64,000 nucleotides of DNA, taken from an uncultured Gemmatimonadota bacterium (GTDB lineage: Bacteria; JAAXHH01). Of the stretch, positions 47,690-57,453 are shown piece after piece (within the stretch, counting starts at the first letter, position 1; the number at the start of each line of letters is the position of its first letter). The notes below the pieces were generated by a model that saw only the letters and a list, made by a program, of their open reading frames with translations, was not told the DNA's origin and searched no databases. The position numbers and the translations under genes were made by a program. The DNA lies in NCBI GenBank assembly GCA_951812955.1, contig OX638340.1:1728001-1792000 (forward strand). Direction: 5' to 3'.

Positions 47690-49231
47690 GTGAATACTAT
47701 GATTCCAAATGGATGGGCCCATACATCGCTTGAAGCGGTGTGTCAGGTTCTCGATTCTAAGCGTATACCGTTAAATAACAGCGAACGTTCTCGACGTATC
47801 GCTGGTAAGTCCGCTGATGATCTTTACCCCTACTACGGCGCTACAGGTCAAGTCGGTGTAATTGACGATTTTATCTTTGATGGAGAACATGTTTTATTGG
47901 GCGAAGACGGTGCCCCATTTAATGATCCTTTCAAGGTAAAATCTTATCTGGTAGATGGGAAATTCTGGGTCAACAATCATGCTCATATTCTCAAATCAGC
48001 TATCCCAAACAGATATCTATGCCACTATCTCAATCAGATTGACTATTCTGGCTATGTAACAGGAACGACAAGACTGAAGCTTACTCAGACCGCATTAAAG
48101 CGAATTCCTGTTCTTGTTGCTCCCAAAGCCGAACAACACCGCATCGTCGCCAAAATCGAGGAACTGTTTTCCAAACTGGACAAGGGCATTGAGAGCCTGA
48201 AGGCGGCGAGGGCAAAGCTCGATGTCTATCGTCAGGCCGTGCTCAAGCACGCCTTCGAAGGCAAGCTCACGGCCCAGTGGCGCGAAGAGAACAAGGACAA
48301 GCTTGAGACACCCGAGCAATTACTCTCACGCATCAAAAAAGAGCGGGAAGCACGTTATAATAGGCAACTGCAGGAGTGGAAGGACGCCGTCAAGAAATGG
48401 GTGGAAGGCGGTAAGTCAGGAAAGAAGCCGACGAAACCTCCGAAGTTGGAGGAAATACCACACTTATCGATAACCGAAACAGTAACTCTTCCACCCCTCC
48501 CCGCTAATTGGGCTTATTTACACTTGGGGCTTGTGATCGACGAGCCCAAGTACGGTAGTTCGAAGAAATGTAACTACGACTACAAAGGCACAGGGGTTTT
48601 GAGAATACCTAATATCGTCCGAGGTGCAGTCGACACGTCCGATCTCAAAGGGACTCACTTCGAAGAGGACGAGAAACGCGCCTACGGTTTGAGGAGTGGT
48701 GAAATTCTCGTGATCCGATCAAACGGAAGTATCTCCGTAGTAGGTAGGTGCGCTCTAATCTCAAAAGCAGAAGAGCAGTATCTGTACGCTGGTTACCTTA
48801 TCCGCCTACGTAGTAACTTGACCGCGTTGCATCCCGAGTACCTTGTAGCTCTACTGTCAAGCCATCTGTTACGAACTCAAATCGAGCACAAAGCAAAATC
48901 GACTAGCGGTGTCAACAACATAAATTCGGGTGAAATCCAATCGCTCATCGTCCCTTTGTGCAGTCTCAGTGAGCAGGAAATAGTAGTCGAACGACTGTCT
49001 GCAAGTCTATCCTCGATTGACGCTATCAAGGGTGAGATCGACAATCAGCTACTACAAACCGAAGCCCTGCACCAATCCATCCTCAAGAAAGCATTCTCGG
49101 GCCAGCTCGTCCCGCAAGACCCGAATGACGAGCCCGCGTCAATTCTGCTTGAGCGCATCAATGGCGTAAAAGCTGCACTATCTCAAAACAACACACAGAG
49201 AAGACGTAGACACGAGAAGGCAACGGCATGA
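47690..49231 (+). CDS. hsdS: Type I restriction-modification specificity subunit
   Basis: Two target-recognition domains separated and followed by conserved coiled-coil spacer repeats (AKIEELFSKLDKGIESL ...). 513 aa. Confidence 0.9.
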   Translation: MNTMIPNGWAHTSLEAVCQVLDSKRIPLNNSERSRRIAGKSADDLYPYYGATGQVGVIDDFIFDGEHVLLGEDGAPFNDPFKVKSYLVDGKFWVNNHAHILKSAIPNRYLCHYLNQIDYSGYVTGTTRLKLTQTALKRIPVLVAPKAEQHRIVAKIEELFSKLDKGIESLKAARAKLDVYRQAVLKHAFEGKLTAQWREENKDKLETPEQLLSRIKKEREARYNRQLQEWKDAVKKWVEGGKSGKKPTKPPKLEEIPHLSITETVTLPPLPANWAYLHLGLVIDEPKYGSSKKCNYDYKGTGVLRIPNIVRGAVDTSDLKGTHFEEDEKRAYGLRSGEILVIRSNGSISVVGRCALISKAEEQYLYAGYLIRLRSNLTALHPEYLVALLSSHLLRTQIEHKAKSTSGVNNINSGEIQSLIVPLCSLSEQEIVVERLSASLSSIDAIKGEIDNQLLQTEALHQSILKKAFSGQLVPQDPNDEPASILLERINGVKAALSQNNTQRRRRHEKATA

Positions 49232-49983
49232 CCGGCAAACTTGCCATCAACATCGATAACCTGCTGCGCCAGCGTGCCATCGAAGAGGCGCTGGTGAACG
49301 CCATCGACCATCGCTCATACGAGGAGCGGGAGCCGGTTGAAGTTCGGATCACCCGCGATGAGTTGCTGGTCCTGAGTTATCCCGGGGCGGACCGCTCCAT
49401 CCGTATGGACGACTTCAAGCAGGGGCAGGCCGTGAGCAGGCGCTACCGGAACCGGCGAATTGGTGAGTTTCTGAAGGAACTCGACCTCGCCGAGGCCTGC
49501 TCAACCGGGGTGCCGAAGATTTTCACGGCCATGCAGCAGAACGGCTCACCGGAACCCATCTTCGAAAGCGACGAGAACCGGACCTGGTTTCGCGTGCGCC
49601 TGCCGGTGCATGAACGGGCATTACTTGCCACGACCGACCAGGATACCATACATGATACCCAACATGATAACTCATTGATAAATAAAAGGAAAAGTCACGG
49701 TACCCAACACGGTACCCAACATGATACCCAACATGATATCGACCAAGTCGAGCAACTGGTGGCTGTGCTCACTGGAGAGATGAGCCGAGCTAGTATCCAG
49801 GCAGGATTGGAACTCAAAGATCGGCCCCATTTCATCGAATCGTATCTAAAGCCTGCCCTGGAGGCCAAGTTGATTGAAATGACCCTCCCGGACAAACCCA
49901 CCAGTCGCCACCAGCGCTATCGCCTAACTGCCGCTGGAAAGGCTTTAGCTGAGCAAATCAAACGAGAGAACACCGCCAAATGA
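49228..49983 (+). CDS. HATPase_c_4 (RecG-C-terminal-like) plus wHTH small protein embedded in the hsdS-hsdM operon
   Basis: Segment NAIDHRSYEEREPVEVRITRDELLVLSYPG ... WFRVRLPVH matches the C-terminal module of Schlafen/AlbA_2-type putative regulators common in R-M loci. ATGA overlaps at both ends (49228/49231 and 49980/49983). Internal HGTQHGTQHDTQHD repeat. Confidence 0.5.
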   Translation: MTGKLAINIDNLLRQRAIEEALVNAIDHRSYEEREPVEVRITRDELLVLSYPGADRSIRMDDFKQGQAVSRRYRNRRIGEFLKELDLAEACSTGVPKIFTAMQQNGSPEPIFESDENRTWFRVRLPVHERALLATTDQDTIHDTQHDNSLINKRKSHGTQHGTQHDTQHDIDQVEQLVAVLTGEMSRASIQAGLELKDRPHFIESYLKPALEAKLIEMTLPDKPTSRHQRYRLTAAGKALAEQIKRENTAK

Positions 49984-51467
49984 ACACCGCTCCCATCGTA
50001 TCCAAAGTCTGGAGTTTCTGCAACACCCTGCGCGACGACGGGGTGAGCTATGGCGATTACCTGGAACAACTCACCTATCTGATATTTCTGAAGATGGCAG
50101 ACGAGTACGCCAAACCGCCGTACAGTCGGGACGTCGGCATCCCGGTCGAATTCAACTGGCAGAGCCTGAGATCGAAGAACGGCGCGGAACTCGAAGGCCA
50201 CTACGTCGCGCTGCTTCGAGCCTTCGGCACCAGGACGGGCATGCTGGGCCAAGTCTTTACCAGGGCCCAGAACAAGATCCAGGATCCGGCAAAGCTGTTC
50301 CGCCTCATCGCCATGGTGGACGACACCGAATGGGTCACCATGGGCGCCGACATAAAAGGGGATATCTACGAAGGGCTCCTGGAGAAGAACGCCGAAGATA
50401 CCAAGACCGGCGCGGGCCAGTATTTCACGCCGCGTGCTCTCATCCGGGCCATGGTCGAGTGCGTACGGCCCGAACCGGGAATGCTCATCGCTGACCCGGC
50501 CTGCGGTACGGGCGGTTTCTTTCTCGCTGCATACGACTTCATCACCAACCAGGACAATTTCAGGTTAGACAAGGATCAAAAAGCGTTCCTGAAACACGAG
50601 GCGTTTCACGGCAATGAAATCGTCCCCAATACACGCCGTCTTTGCCTGATGAACATGTTCCTGCACAATATCGGTGAAATCGACGGCGGCGTCCCGATAT
50701 CGCCCAACGACGCGCTGGTGGCCGATGCCGGCAAGCGTTACGACTATGTGCTGGCGAATCCGCCCTTCGGCAAGAAAAGTTCCATGAGTTTCACGAACGA
50801 GGAAGGCGAACAGGAAACCGACGACCTGACCTACAACCGGCAGGATTTCTGGGCGACGACCTCGAACAAACAGCTGAATTTCGTGCAGCACATCCGCACG
50901 ATGCTCAAGACCACCGGCCGCGCTGCTGTCGTCGTTCCCGACAATGTACTGTTCGAAGGCGGGGCCGGTGAGACGATCCGCAAAAAGCTGCTGGACAACA
51001 CGGACTTGCACACCATCCTGCGCCTGCCGACGGGCGTGTTCTACGCGCAGGGCGTCAAGGCCAATGTGATCTTCTTCGACAATCACGAAGCCAGCCCGAA
51101 TCCCTGGACGAAGCAGGTCTGGTACTACGACTACCGCACCAATATCCACCATACGCTGAAGAAGAAACCACTGCGCTTCGAGGACCTGTCGGATTTCATC
51201 AACTGCTACAACCCGCAGAATCGCCACCAGCGCAAGGCGACCTGGGACGAAAACGATGCACCGGAAGGCCGTTGGAGGAGTTACAGCTACGAGGAGATAA
51301 TCGCGCGCGACAAGACCAGTCTCGACATCTTCTGGCTCAAGGACAAAAGCCTGACGGACCTGGACAACCTGCCCGAACCTGATGACCTTGCCGAAGAGAT
51401 CATAGAGAACCTGGAGGCAGGTCTCAACAGCTTTCGCGAGGTGCTGGCTGGATTGGGGAGGCAGTAG
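49980..51467 (+). CDS. hsdM: Type I restriction-modification N6-adenine DNA methyltransferase subunit
   Basis: HsdM N-terminal domain, motif I DPACGTGGF, motif IV NPPFG. 495 aa. Confidence 0.95.
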   Translation: MNTAPIVSKVWSFCNTLRDDGVSYGDYLEQLTYLIFLKMADEYAKPPYSRDVGIPVEFNWQSLRSKNGAELEGHYVALLRAFGTRTGMLGQVFTRAQNKIQDPAKLFRLIAMVDDTEWVTMGADIKGDIYEGLLEKNAEDTKTGAGQYFTPRALIRAMVECVRPEPGMLIADPACGTGGFFLAAYDFITNQDNFRLDKDQKAFLKHEAFHGNEIVPNTRRLCLMNMFLHNIGEIDGGVPISPNDALVADAGKRYDYVLANPPFGKKSSMSFTNEEGEQETDDLTYNRQDFWATTSNKQLNFVQHIRTMLKTTGRAAVVVPDNVLFEGGAGETIRKKLLDNTDLHTILRLPTGVFYAQGVKANVIFFDNHEASPNPWTKQVWYYDYRTNIHHTLKKKPLRFEDLSDFINCYNPQNRHQRKATWDENDAPEGRWRSYSYEEIIARDKTSLDIFWLKDKSLTDLDNLPEPDDLAEEIIENLEAGLNSFREVLAGLGRQ

Positions 51468-51608
51468 GCGGTAGATGAACTTGTTAGGGACTCACTTACC
51501 GCGTATTACGATTATGTTCCGTTTATTTTCACTGTATTGAAGTTACTCCGAAAAACCAGTTAGGTTCGATTCATTTTCCATCGCAAGTATGTAAATCACT
51601 GAATTACT

Positions 51609-53777
51609 ATGAATAGTAACTGCAAAACTGAAGTTCGATCCGAATCTGAAATAGTCACCGATTTAGAGAGTTTGAGCCAGGAAAAAGGGTACATCTATTC
51701 CTTCTGTCGAATGGTTGATGAATACCTGTGGTTGAAACCCAGCGAACCCGAAATCCCTGATTGGCACAGTCAATTAAACATACGTGAGTTAACTTTCTTA
51801 TTAGGGTTAATGGTCAAGTATCAATTGACCATATCTGATTCTCCGACTGAACGGGAGTCTGACCTACATATCGATAAGACCAATGAGTTGTTTCATGAAC
51901 TTCATCAAACTCATGCTTTTCCGAAAACAAAGGAAGTAAACGCCGCCCAAGTGAACTTAGAAGATTGGGAATCGGGGTTGAAAAACACCTATACCGACTG
52001 GATCAAAAGCGGTAAAGGTATCGTCGAGCCGGTTTTTTATGGTGAAGAAGGTGCATACGATTTCCAGTTCCTCAAAATGGCAGCATGGAGGTACAAACTT
52101 GATAATCAGTGGATAAAGTCGAACATAGGTATGGATGTTGATACTTTAACTGATATCGCAGGTAAGATTAAACGACTTACCGAATATCGCGCCAATGATG
52201 TAACCAGGACGTCAGACTTCAGAGATTCATGCTTTCGGTTGATATCAGTCTTCTTAATTAAGCCAGATGGCGTTCCTGGCGCTAATAGAGAAGAAATCGA
52301 AGTCTTTCTTGAAACCTTTTCTGTTGAACCACGGGACGGAGTTAATCAGAACCTTAACACGATTGGTGAATACAACACGGCAGACTCGCACCCCATTATT
52401 AAGATTAACAATGAACTTTATTTCATTCCCATCTACTACAACCTAGCAAAATCCATCTACGAGAACCCCTTCTACTGGATTCTCAAAGACAGTGATTACA
52501 GACAAACAGGACTTCAGAACAGGGGTGATGTTACAGAAGAAATAGTATTCGAACTGTTACGACGAGTTTTTGGTATAGACAACGTTTTTCGCAGGGTAAA
52601 AATAAAACGTGGAAACAGAGACATAACGGATATCGACGTTCTTGCAGTATGTGGGAGTAAAGCTGTCATTGTACAGGTGAAATCTAAGAGACTTACGGTG
52701 CTGTCGAAAGGTGGTGATGGCAAGAGCATAGAGAAGGATTTCAAACAAGCTGTTCAGGATGCTTACACCCAAGCGTTATTGTCGAGAAACTTCCTGCTAG
52801 AGACAGATGAAACACTGACGGTTAATGAAGAAAGGCTAATGCAGGTCAAAGGGAACATCGATGATGCCTATATAATCTGCGCTACTGGTGATCATTATCC
52901 TGCAATTACTATTCAGACAAAGTCATACCTCAAAAAGAAGGCAACCGACCCTTACCCAGTTGTACTAAGCGTTTTTGACCTTGATACTATATCGTTTTAC
53001 CTCAGAGAACCGTATGATTTCATATACTACGTTCGTCAACGCACTATACATGCGGGTCACTTCGAGGCTGATTCAGAAATGGCCTTTCTTGGTTTTCATC
53101 TAAACAAAAAACTATTTCCCACAGATGGATATGATATCACGATTATCCCACAATATTATGCATATCTCATCGATATTAGTTTTCCAGTCCTAAAGGGTGA
53201 GCATCCTATTTCGGATGCAGCATACAAGGTATTCCACAAGTGGAAAAACAACGATTTTGATGAGCTAGTTAATGAAATCAAAGTTAGAAATACCGGTCAT
53301 CCACAACTGACAGATTTGATTTTCTTTTTGTTCGATTTAGCAGGATCAGTAGCCGACAAGATTTTCGAAATCTTCGGCGAAATCAAACGAACCACTCGTG
53401 GTGACCTAAAGCCTCACGATGCTACAATTCCAATAGACCAAGCCGGGAAAGGTATAACACTGTTCTGCTACCCTTCGACGTTAGAACTTAGTGAGACAAT
53501 AATCCAAGATCAGTTTCGAGGCTTTGCAGCTGCTCGGAAATACAAAAGCAAAGCTAATGAATGGTTAGCGCTCGCATCATCCGCACAAAGTTCAAATCTG
53601 TTTGACTGTCTCTGGTATAGTAAAGAAGTATGGTGTTATGATGAGAGTTTCGAGCGTCTATCAAAACACATGATTAAACAAGGACATCCCATTCGTACTG
53701 ACGGACGGAAAATAGGTAGAAATTCACCCTGCCCTTGTGGAAGTGGATTGAAGTTTAAAAAGTGCCACGGAAAATAA
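51609..53777 (+). CDS. Large uncharacterised protein with a NERD-like (PD-(D/E)xK-type) core and a C-terminal SEC-C zinc-binding motif
   Basis: 722 aa, AT-rich. Segment RGNRDITDIDVLAVCGSKAVIVQVKSKR matches the NERD/PD-(D/E)xK D...(E/Q)xK core. The C-terminus GRNSPCPCGSGLKFKKCHGK is a SEC-C (SecA C-terminal-type) metal-binding motif. Confidence 0.6.
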   Translation: MNSNCKTEVRSESEIVTDLESLSQEKGYIYSFCRMVDEYLWLKPSEPEIPDWHSQLNIRELTFLLGLMVKYQLTISDSPTERESDLHIDKTNELFHELHQTHAFPKTKEVNAAQVNLEDWESGLKNTYTDWIKSGKGIVEPVFYGEEGAYDFQFLKMAAWRYKLDNQWIKSNIGMDVDTLTDIAGKIKRLTEYRANDVTRTSDFRDSCFRLISVFLIKPDGVPGANREEIEVFLETFSVEPRDGVNQNLNTIGEYNTADSHPIIKINNELYFIPIYYNLAKSIYENPFYWILKDSDYRQTGLQNRGDVTEEIVFELLRRVFGIDNVFRRVKIKRGNRDITDIDVLAVCGSKAVIVQVKSKRLTVLSKGGDGKSIEKDFKQAVQDAYTQALLSRNFLLETDETLTVNEERLMQVKGNIDDAYIICATGDHYPAITIQTKSYLKKKATDPYPVVLSVFDLDTISFYLREPYDFIYYVRQRTIHAGHFEADSEMAFLGFHLNKKLFPTDGYDITIIPQYYAYLIDISFPVLKGEHPISDAAYKVFHKWKNNDFDELVNEIKVRNTGHPQLTDLIFFLFDLAGSVADKIFEIFGEIKRTTRGDLKPHDATIPIDQAGKGITLFCYPSTLELSETIIQDQFRGFAAARKYKSKANEWLALASSAQSSNLFDCLWYSKEVWCYDESFERLSKHMIKQGHPIRTDGRKIGRNSPCPCGSGLKFKKCHGK

Positions 53778-53847
53778 CATCCGATCCTGAAACTTGATCT
53801 TGCAAGGGTCTGTCACGGAAAGGTTCGGTCATAGAGTATTAAGCTTA

Positions 53848-54918
53848 TTATTCTTCTTGTTCTTCGGGATATGGGAGGACTGGGGCTGTTGTCCAGCCTT
53901 CACGTTCAGGTGAATTATGTCCTGTACATATAGTTCTGCCCTCTGTCGAAACTACTTTCGCCCCACGGTGTATACAAGCCCGAATAACTGCTTTTCTAGG
54001 GTGATCCTCGTCTTCTTTAGACGCACTTATAATTGCGTTAAAATGTTCGTTTCCCTCTTCTTGCTTCTCTGGCAGTCGCTTACCCAGCAATCTGTCAAGT
54101 ATCTCCGTTGATAAATTGCGTCGTGATCCGTGGTGCGGGACCTGAAAATGGTCAATTCCTGGAAGTGTCAGTCCTACTGATGGCGCATAATCCAGTGCCT
54201 CGGTAAGTGCACCTCGTCCTGCATCCGCAGTCAGTAATACCTTTTTCTCGCAAAGATTAGCATACTGGATCACACTCATCTCATTTTCAAAGCTAGTTTC
54301 TTCCGGTGAAAACGTTTCTTCACCCCATGCAGATCTTATAAACGAAACAACACTTTTTACGAAAGCACGTCCATGTCCTAACAATGATTGAGCTGTCCCT
54401 TCCGGAGTTCTATCGGATTCAACAATGAGATTCAGATACCTTTCTTTTGATGGTGCAAGGACCGTGAACTCTCCGATTTGTTCTCCTTGAAATGGTGCCA
54501 ATATCGGTATCTCTCGTGCCTTAGCAATCTCTTCAAGTTCGGCAATGTTTGGGTATATTTCCTTTAGCCTACGAACCAGATTCTCCACATTTGTAAAACG
54601 AGCAAACCGGTCAATTAACTCATCTGCATATAGCCATGGTCGTAACATCCACAACTCTGAGACGCTAAATGCTTCGAGGACTTTTCGTAGCCCGCCTGTA
54701 TGGTCGCCATCGGAATGACTGGCTATAACGGCATCAATCGTGCTAGGGTCATCATAATACTTTTTGATATGCTCAATTACAATGTCTCCAGAATCCTGAA
54801 ATCCTCCATCAGTTACGTGAACTCTCTTGACACCAGCTATGGAATACCGAAGTGGTATTGCATCCCCGCTCTTGCTTGACTTTACGTCAAGGAAATCAAT
54901 TTCAAAAAAGTATGACAT
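53848..54918 (-). CDS. Metallo-beta-lactamase-fold hydrolase, ComEC-C-terminal-like (putative nuclease)
   Basis: MBL motifs HVTDGG (D), ASHSDGDHTGG (variant HxHxDH), LLTADAG, and a terminal VPHHGS motif reminiscent of ComEC/Rec2-type MBL domains. 356 aa, AT-rich. Confidence 0.65.
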   Translation of the reverse strand: MSYFFEIDFLDVKSSKSGDAIPLRYSIAGVKRVHVTDGGFQDSGDIVIEHIKKYYDDPSTIDAVIASHSDGDHTGGLRKVLEAFSVSELWMLRPWLYADELIDRFARFTNVENLVRRLKEIYPNIAELEEIAKAREIPILAPFQGEQIGEFTVLAPSKERYLNLIVESDRTPEGTAQSLLGHGRAFVKSVVSFIRSAWGEETFSPEETSFENEMSVIQYANLCEKKVLLTADAGRGALTEALDYAPSVGLTLPGIDHFQVPHHGSRRNLSTEILDRLLGKRLPEKQEEGNEHFNAIISASKEDEDHPRKAVIRACIHRGAKVVSTEGRTICTGHNSPEREGWTTAPVLPYPEEQEE

Positions 54919-54921
54919 ATG

Positions 54922-55422
54922 CTACTCTTGCTCCTTGATTTTAGCGTTTCTTACGCGCTTAGCTACATATTGAGTCTGTTTTCTATAAGAGAATAAAAAT
55001 ATCAACAATAACCCCGCCAAAATTATTAAAACTATTTCATCATCACTTATAGACCACAAATGCTTCAACTCGTCAAAGATTTTGAGGAAAACTAACACAA
55101 TCACTAGCGAACTCAGCGTACGATACATGTTGTTCTGTTCTGACAAGACCTCGATCTTTGAATCCACTTCTACTGCTTCCAGATAATCCTTGTAGTCTGC
55201 GAACCGAACAAATTTGATCTTTTTGAGTAGGGGTTCCAATATCAACGATCCAATCCTGCTAATGACCAACCCTGCCATGTAGTATATAAACACTCCTATG
55301 ATCCAGTCCTTATGGACTAATGAAAATGAGGTGATTTGTTCTCCCAGACCAGCAAATAGAACTCCAGGAAGTAGATAGTTAAAAATGTTATATGACGACA
55401 GCTTTTCAATTACAGTTTTCAT
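54922..55422 (-). CDS. Small polytopic membrane protein, first gene of a two-gene operon with the MBL-fold hydrolase
   Basis: 166 aa with about 4 hydrophobic helices (LLPGVLFAGL, IIGVFIYYMAGLVI, LSSLVIVLVFL, IVLIILAGLLLIFLF). Its stop lies 3 nt before the MBL gene start. Confidence 0.6.
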   Translation of the reverse strand: MKTVIEKLSSYNIFNYLLPGVLFAGLGEQITSFSLVHKDWIIGVFIYYMAGLVISRIGSLILEPLLKKIKFVRFADYKDYLEAVEVDSKIEVLSEQNNMYRTLSSLVIVLVFLKIFDELKHLWSISDDEIVLIILAGLLLIFLFSYRKQTQYVAKRVRNAKIKEQE

Positions 55423-56413
55423 CAGGTTTGCCTTTTTGTTTTATTGCCTAAAACATCCTCCATAACAACAAAATCTAATGTACACAACTAATCGTCGTAC
55501 TAGCTAGTAAGTGAAACTTCCACTCCTATCCTGCTTTAAAATGGTATGTCAACACCAGAAGTGATTTTTGTACAGCACCTAATTGGGTAGTGATATGTTT
55601 TTAAATCTCGTTGAATGTAACCCTAATGTATCGACAAATCCCGATTATTTACAAGTAATTAACCCGTAGATTGCCTCTTTAAACAGATTGACATGGGAGG
55701 TTCTACATGGTAACCTGAACACGTCAACGATTCCAATTCGGCTCGAGCCGGGTATTCTGCTGAATATAGAACCCACAAAGGTAGATTTGCAAAACCTCCC
55801 GCAATCTTTAGGTGGAGCGTTGACACTGCCCGTCACCAACAAACAGATTGGTGCTAAAGCTGGGGTTCGCCATGAGGGTTTTCGGTACCATAGTACTGTG
55901 GGTGTTAGCACTGTAGGAACTTAGATGTTCATAGTTGCCATGTTTTATTCCAATTCGGTTTCCTAGGAGCTAGAGCAGGACAATCTCGATTTAGTAGCAA
56001 AGGAACATCAGGTCTCTGTTTTGGAGAATACCCTTGAGAAGTTGAGGGCTCAAACCAACTTGGTGGATGAACTGACGGCCGTTCAGATAGAAAACATCAA
56101 ACTGATGGATAAGTTGATCAAAGCGAACAACGACTAGATTAATATGGTAAACAAGCATTTCATAAAGCATAGGTACCGTCCCATTGACCGGGGAGGGTTA
56201 GATTGCAACTAAGTCTTAGGATTGGTCGCCAGAGACTGAACGGTTCGGTGCCCTGATTGCGTGGTTGAATGGTCAAGTTCGAGGAAATTGACAAGCAGTT
56301 CGACCGGGTGGATGTACCACTGGACGTGCTGGTGCTGAACATGCGTGAACTCAGAACCGATGTGACAGATGGTCTTAGAAAACACGCAATAGAAAGATAG
56401 GAGGGAGTGAAGA

Positions 56414-57151
56414 ATGGAAAATGACGGACAACTGGAACAGATTATCGAACTGTTGATGGACTTAAATTCCCACATGGCAGACCTTAAAGAACTCATCAAG
56501 GTTTCAAACAATCAACTGGATATCATCAAAAGTTACTTGGACAGCATAGATCGTAATTCAGCATAGGAGTCAATATGTCGTTGGGAGGATATACGTATAT
56601 AGCGGACACTGAGACATTGAAATCAAACTACGAGTTATTGCAGAAAAGCCTTATTCAACTTATCAACGAGACGAATAGTGCTGAAATAATGCTCAAGGCG
56701 ATTTCGTTAATGATCGAACTAGATTCCACCTATACCAAGGGAAATAGGTGAAGGGGTCTTTATGCCCACAGGACCGAAGGGCGAGAAGCGGCCTCGTGAC
56801 TTCGTCGGATCGGTCATTACAGTCGGCAAGATCACCACTGGTTTAATAGAAGAGACCAGAGTAAGCCCTGCCAAGTAAAATGCCGGAACTAGGCCAGGTC
56901 GATACGACTGACCGCGTCATGCCGGACCGAGATCGGCTGGTATGCCGGCGAATGTGCGGTGGGGAGGTCAAAGTACCAGATAGCGGAGGATTGACATGAA
57001 GCAACTGGAGCAGAAGGATATTAAGATCGCATTGGATAGGCTCAATGCCGAAATAGAACAAAAGCAACGCACGGTGGACCATTATCAAGGTGAATTGGAT
57101 AGCCTTAAAAACGTTGCGGAGCTTTTGGAGTCTCTTCTGGGATCACAGTAA
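56414..57151 (+). CDS. Cluster of four tiny AT-rich ORFs (50, 58, 38 and 51 aa), coiled-coil-like, each with an RBS
   Basis: ORFs at 56414-56566 (AGGAGGGAG RBS), 56575-56751, 56762-56878 and 56996-57151 (GGAGGA RBS). All are below the 60-aa track cutoff and were translated by hand. Confidence 0.3.
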
Positions 57152-57453
57152 ACTGATACTGGTGGAAGTCAGTATGGATTTTGGAAGAATTTAAGATCGT
57201 ACTCGAAATCGTAAGGACATTGCTTGGCCCATGATTGAAAGGAGGTCATGATGGACAGGTACAAAGGAATGTATCCGATTCCAATAAATAGAGAAATCAT
57301 TGAGACCAAGAGGAAGCATTGGGAAGTCCTTCTATAAGCAGACCGAGTTCTCGAACAGGCTTCCAAGCAAATTGGTCTCGACACGTCCGAAGAAACATAT
57401 TAAAAATAAGAGAAATGCTTAACACAACGGGTTGGTTTCGTTATACTTAGTAT

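Noticed and set aside
55645-55924. Overlapping 78-aa and 88-aa ORFs on opposite strands
   Set aside because: They are mutually exclusive, lack RBSs and show low-complexity composition. They are probably non-coding island DNA.
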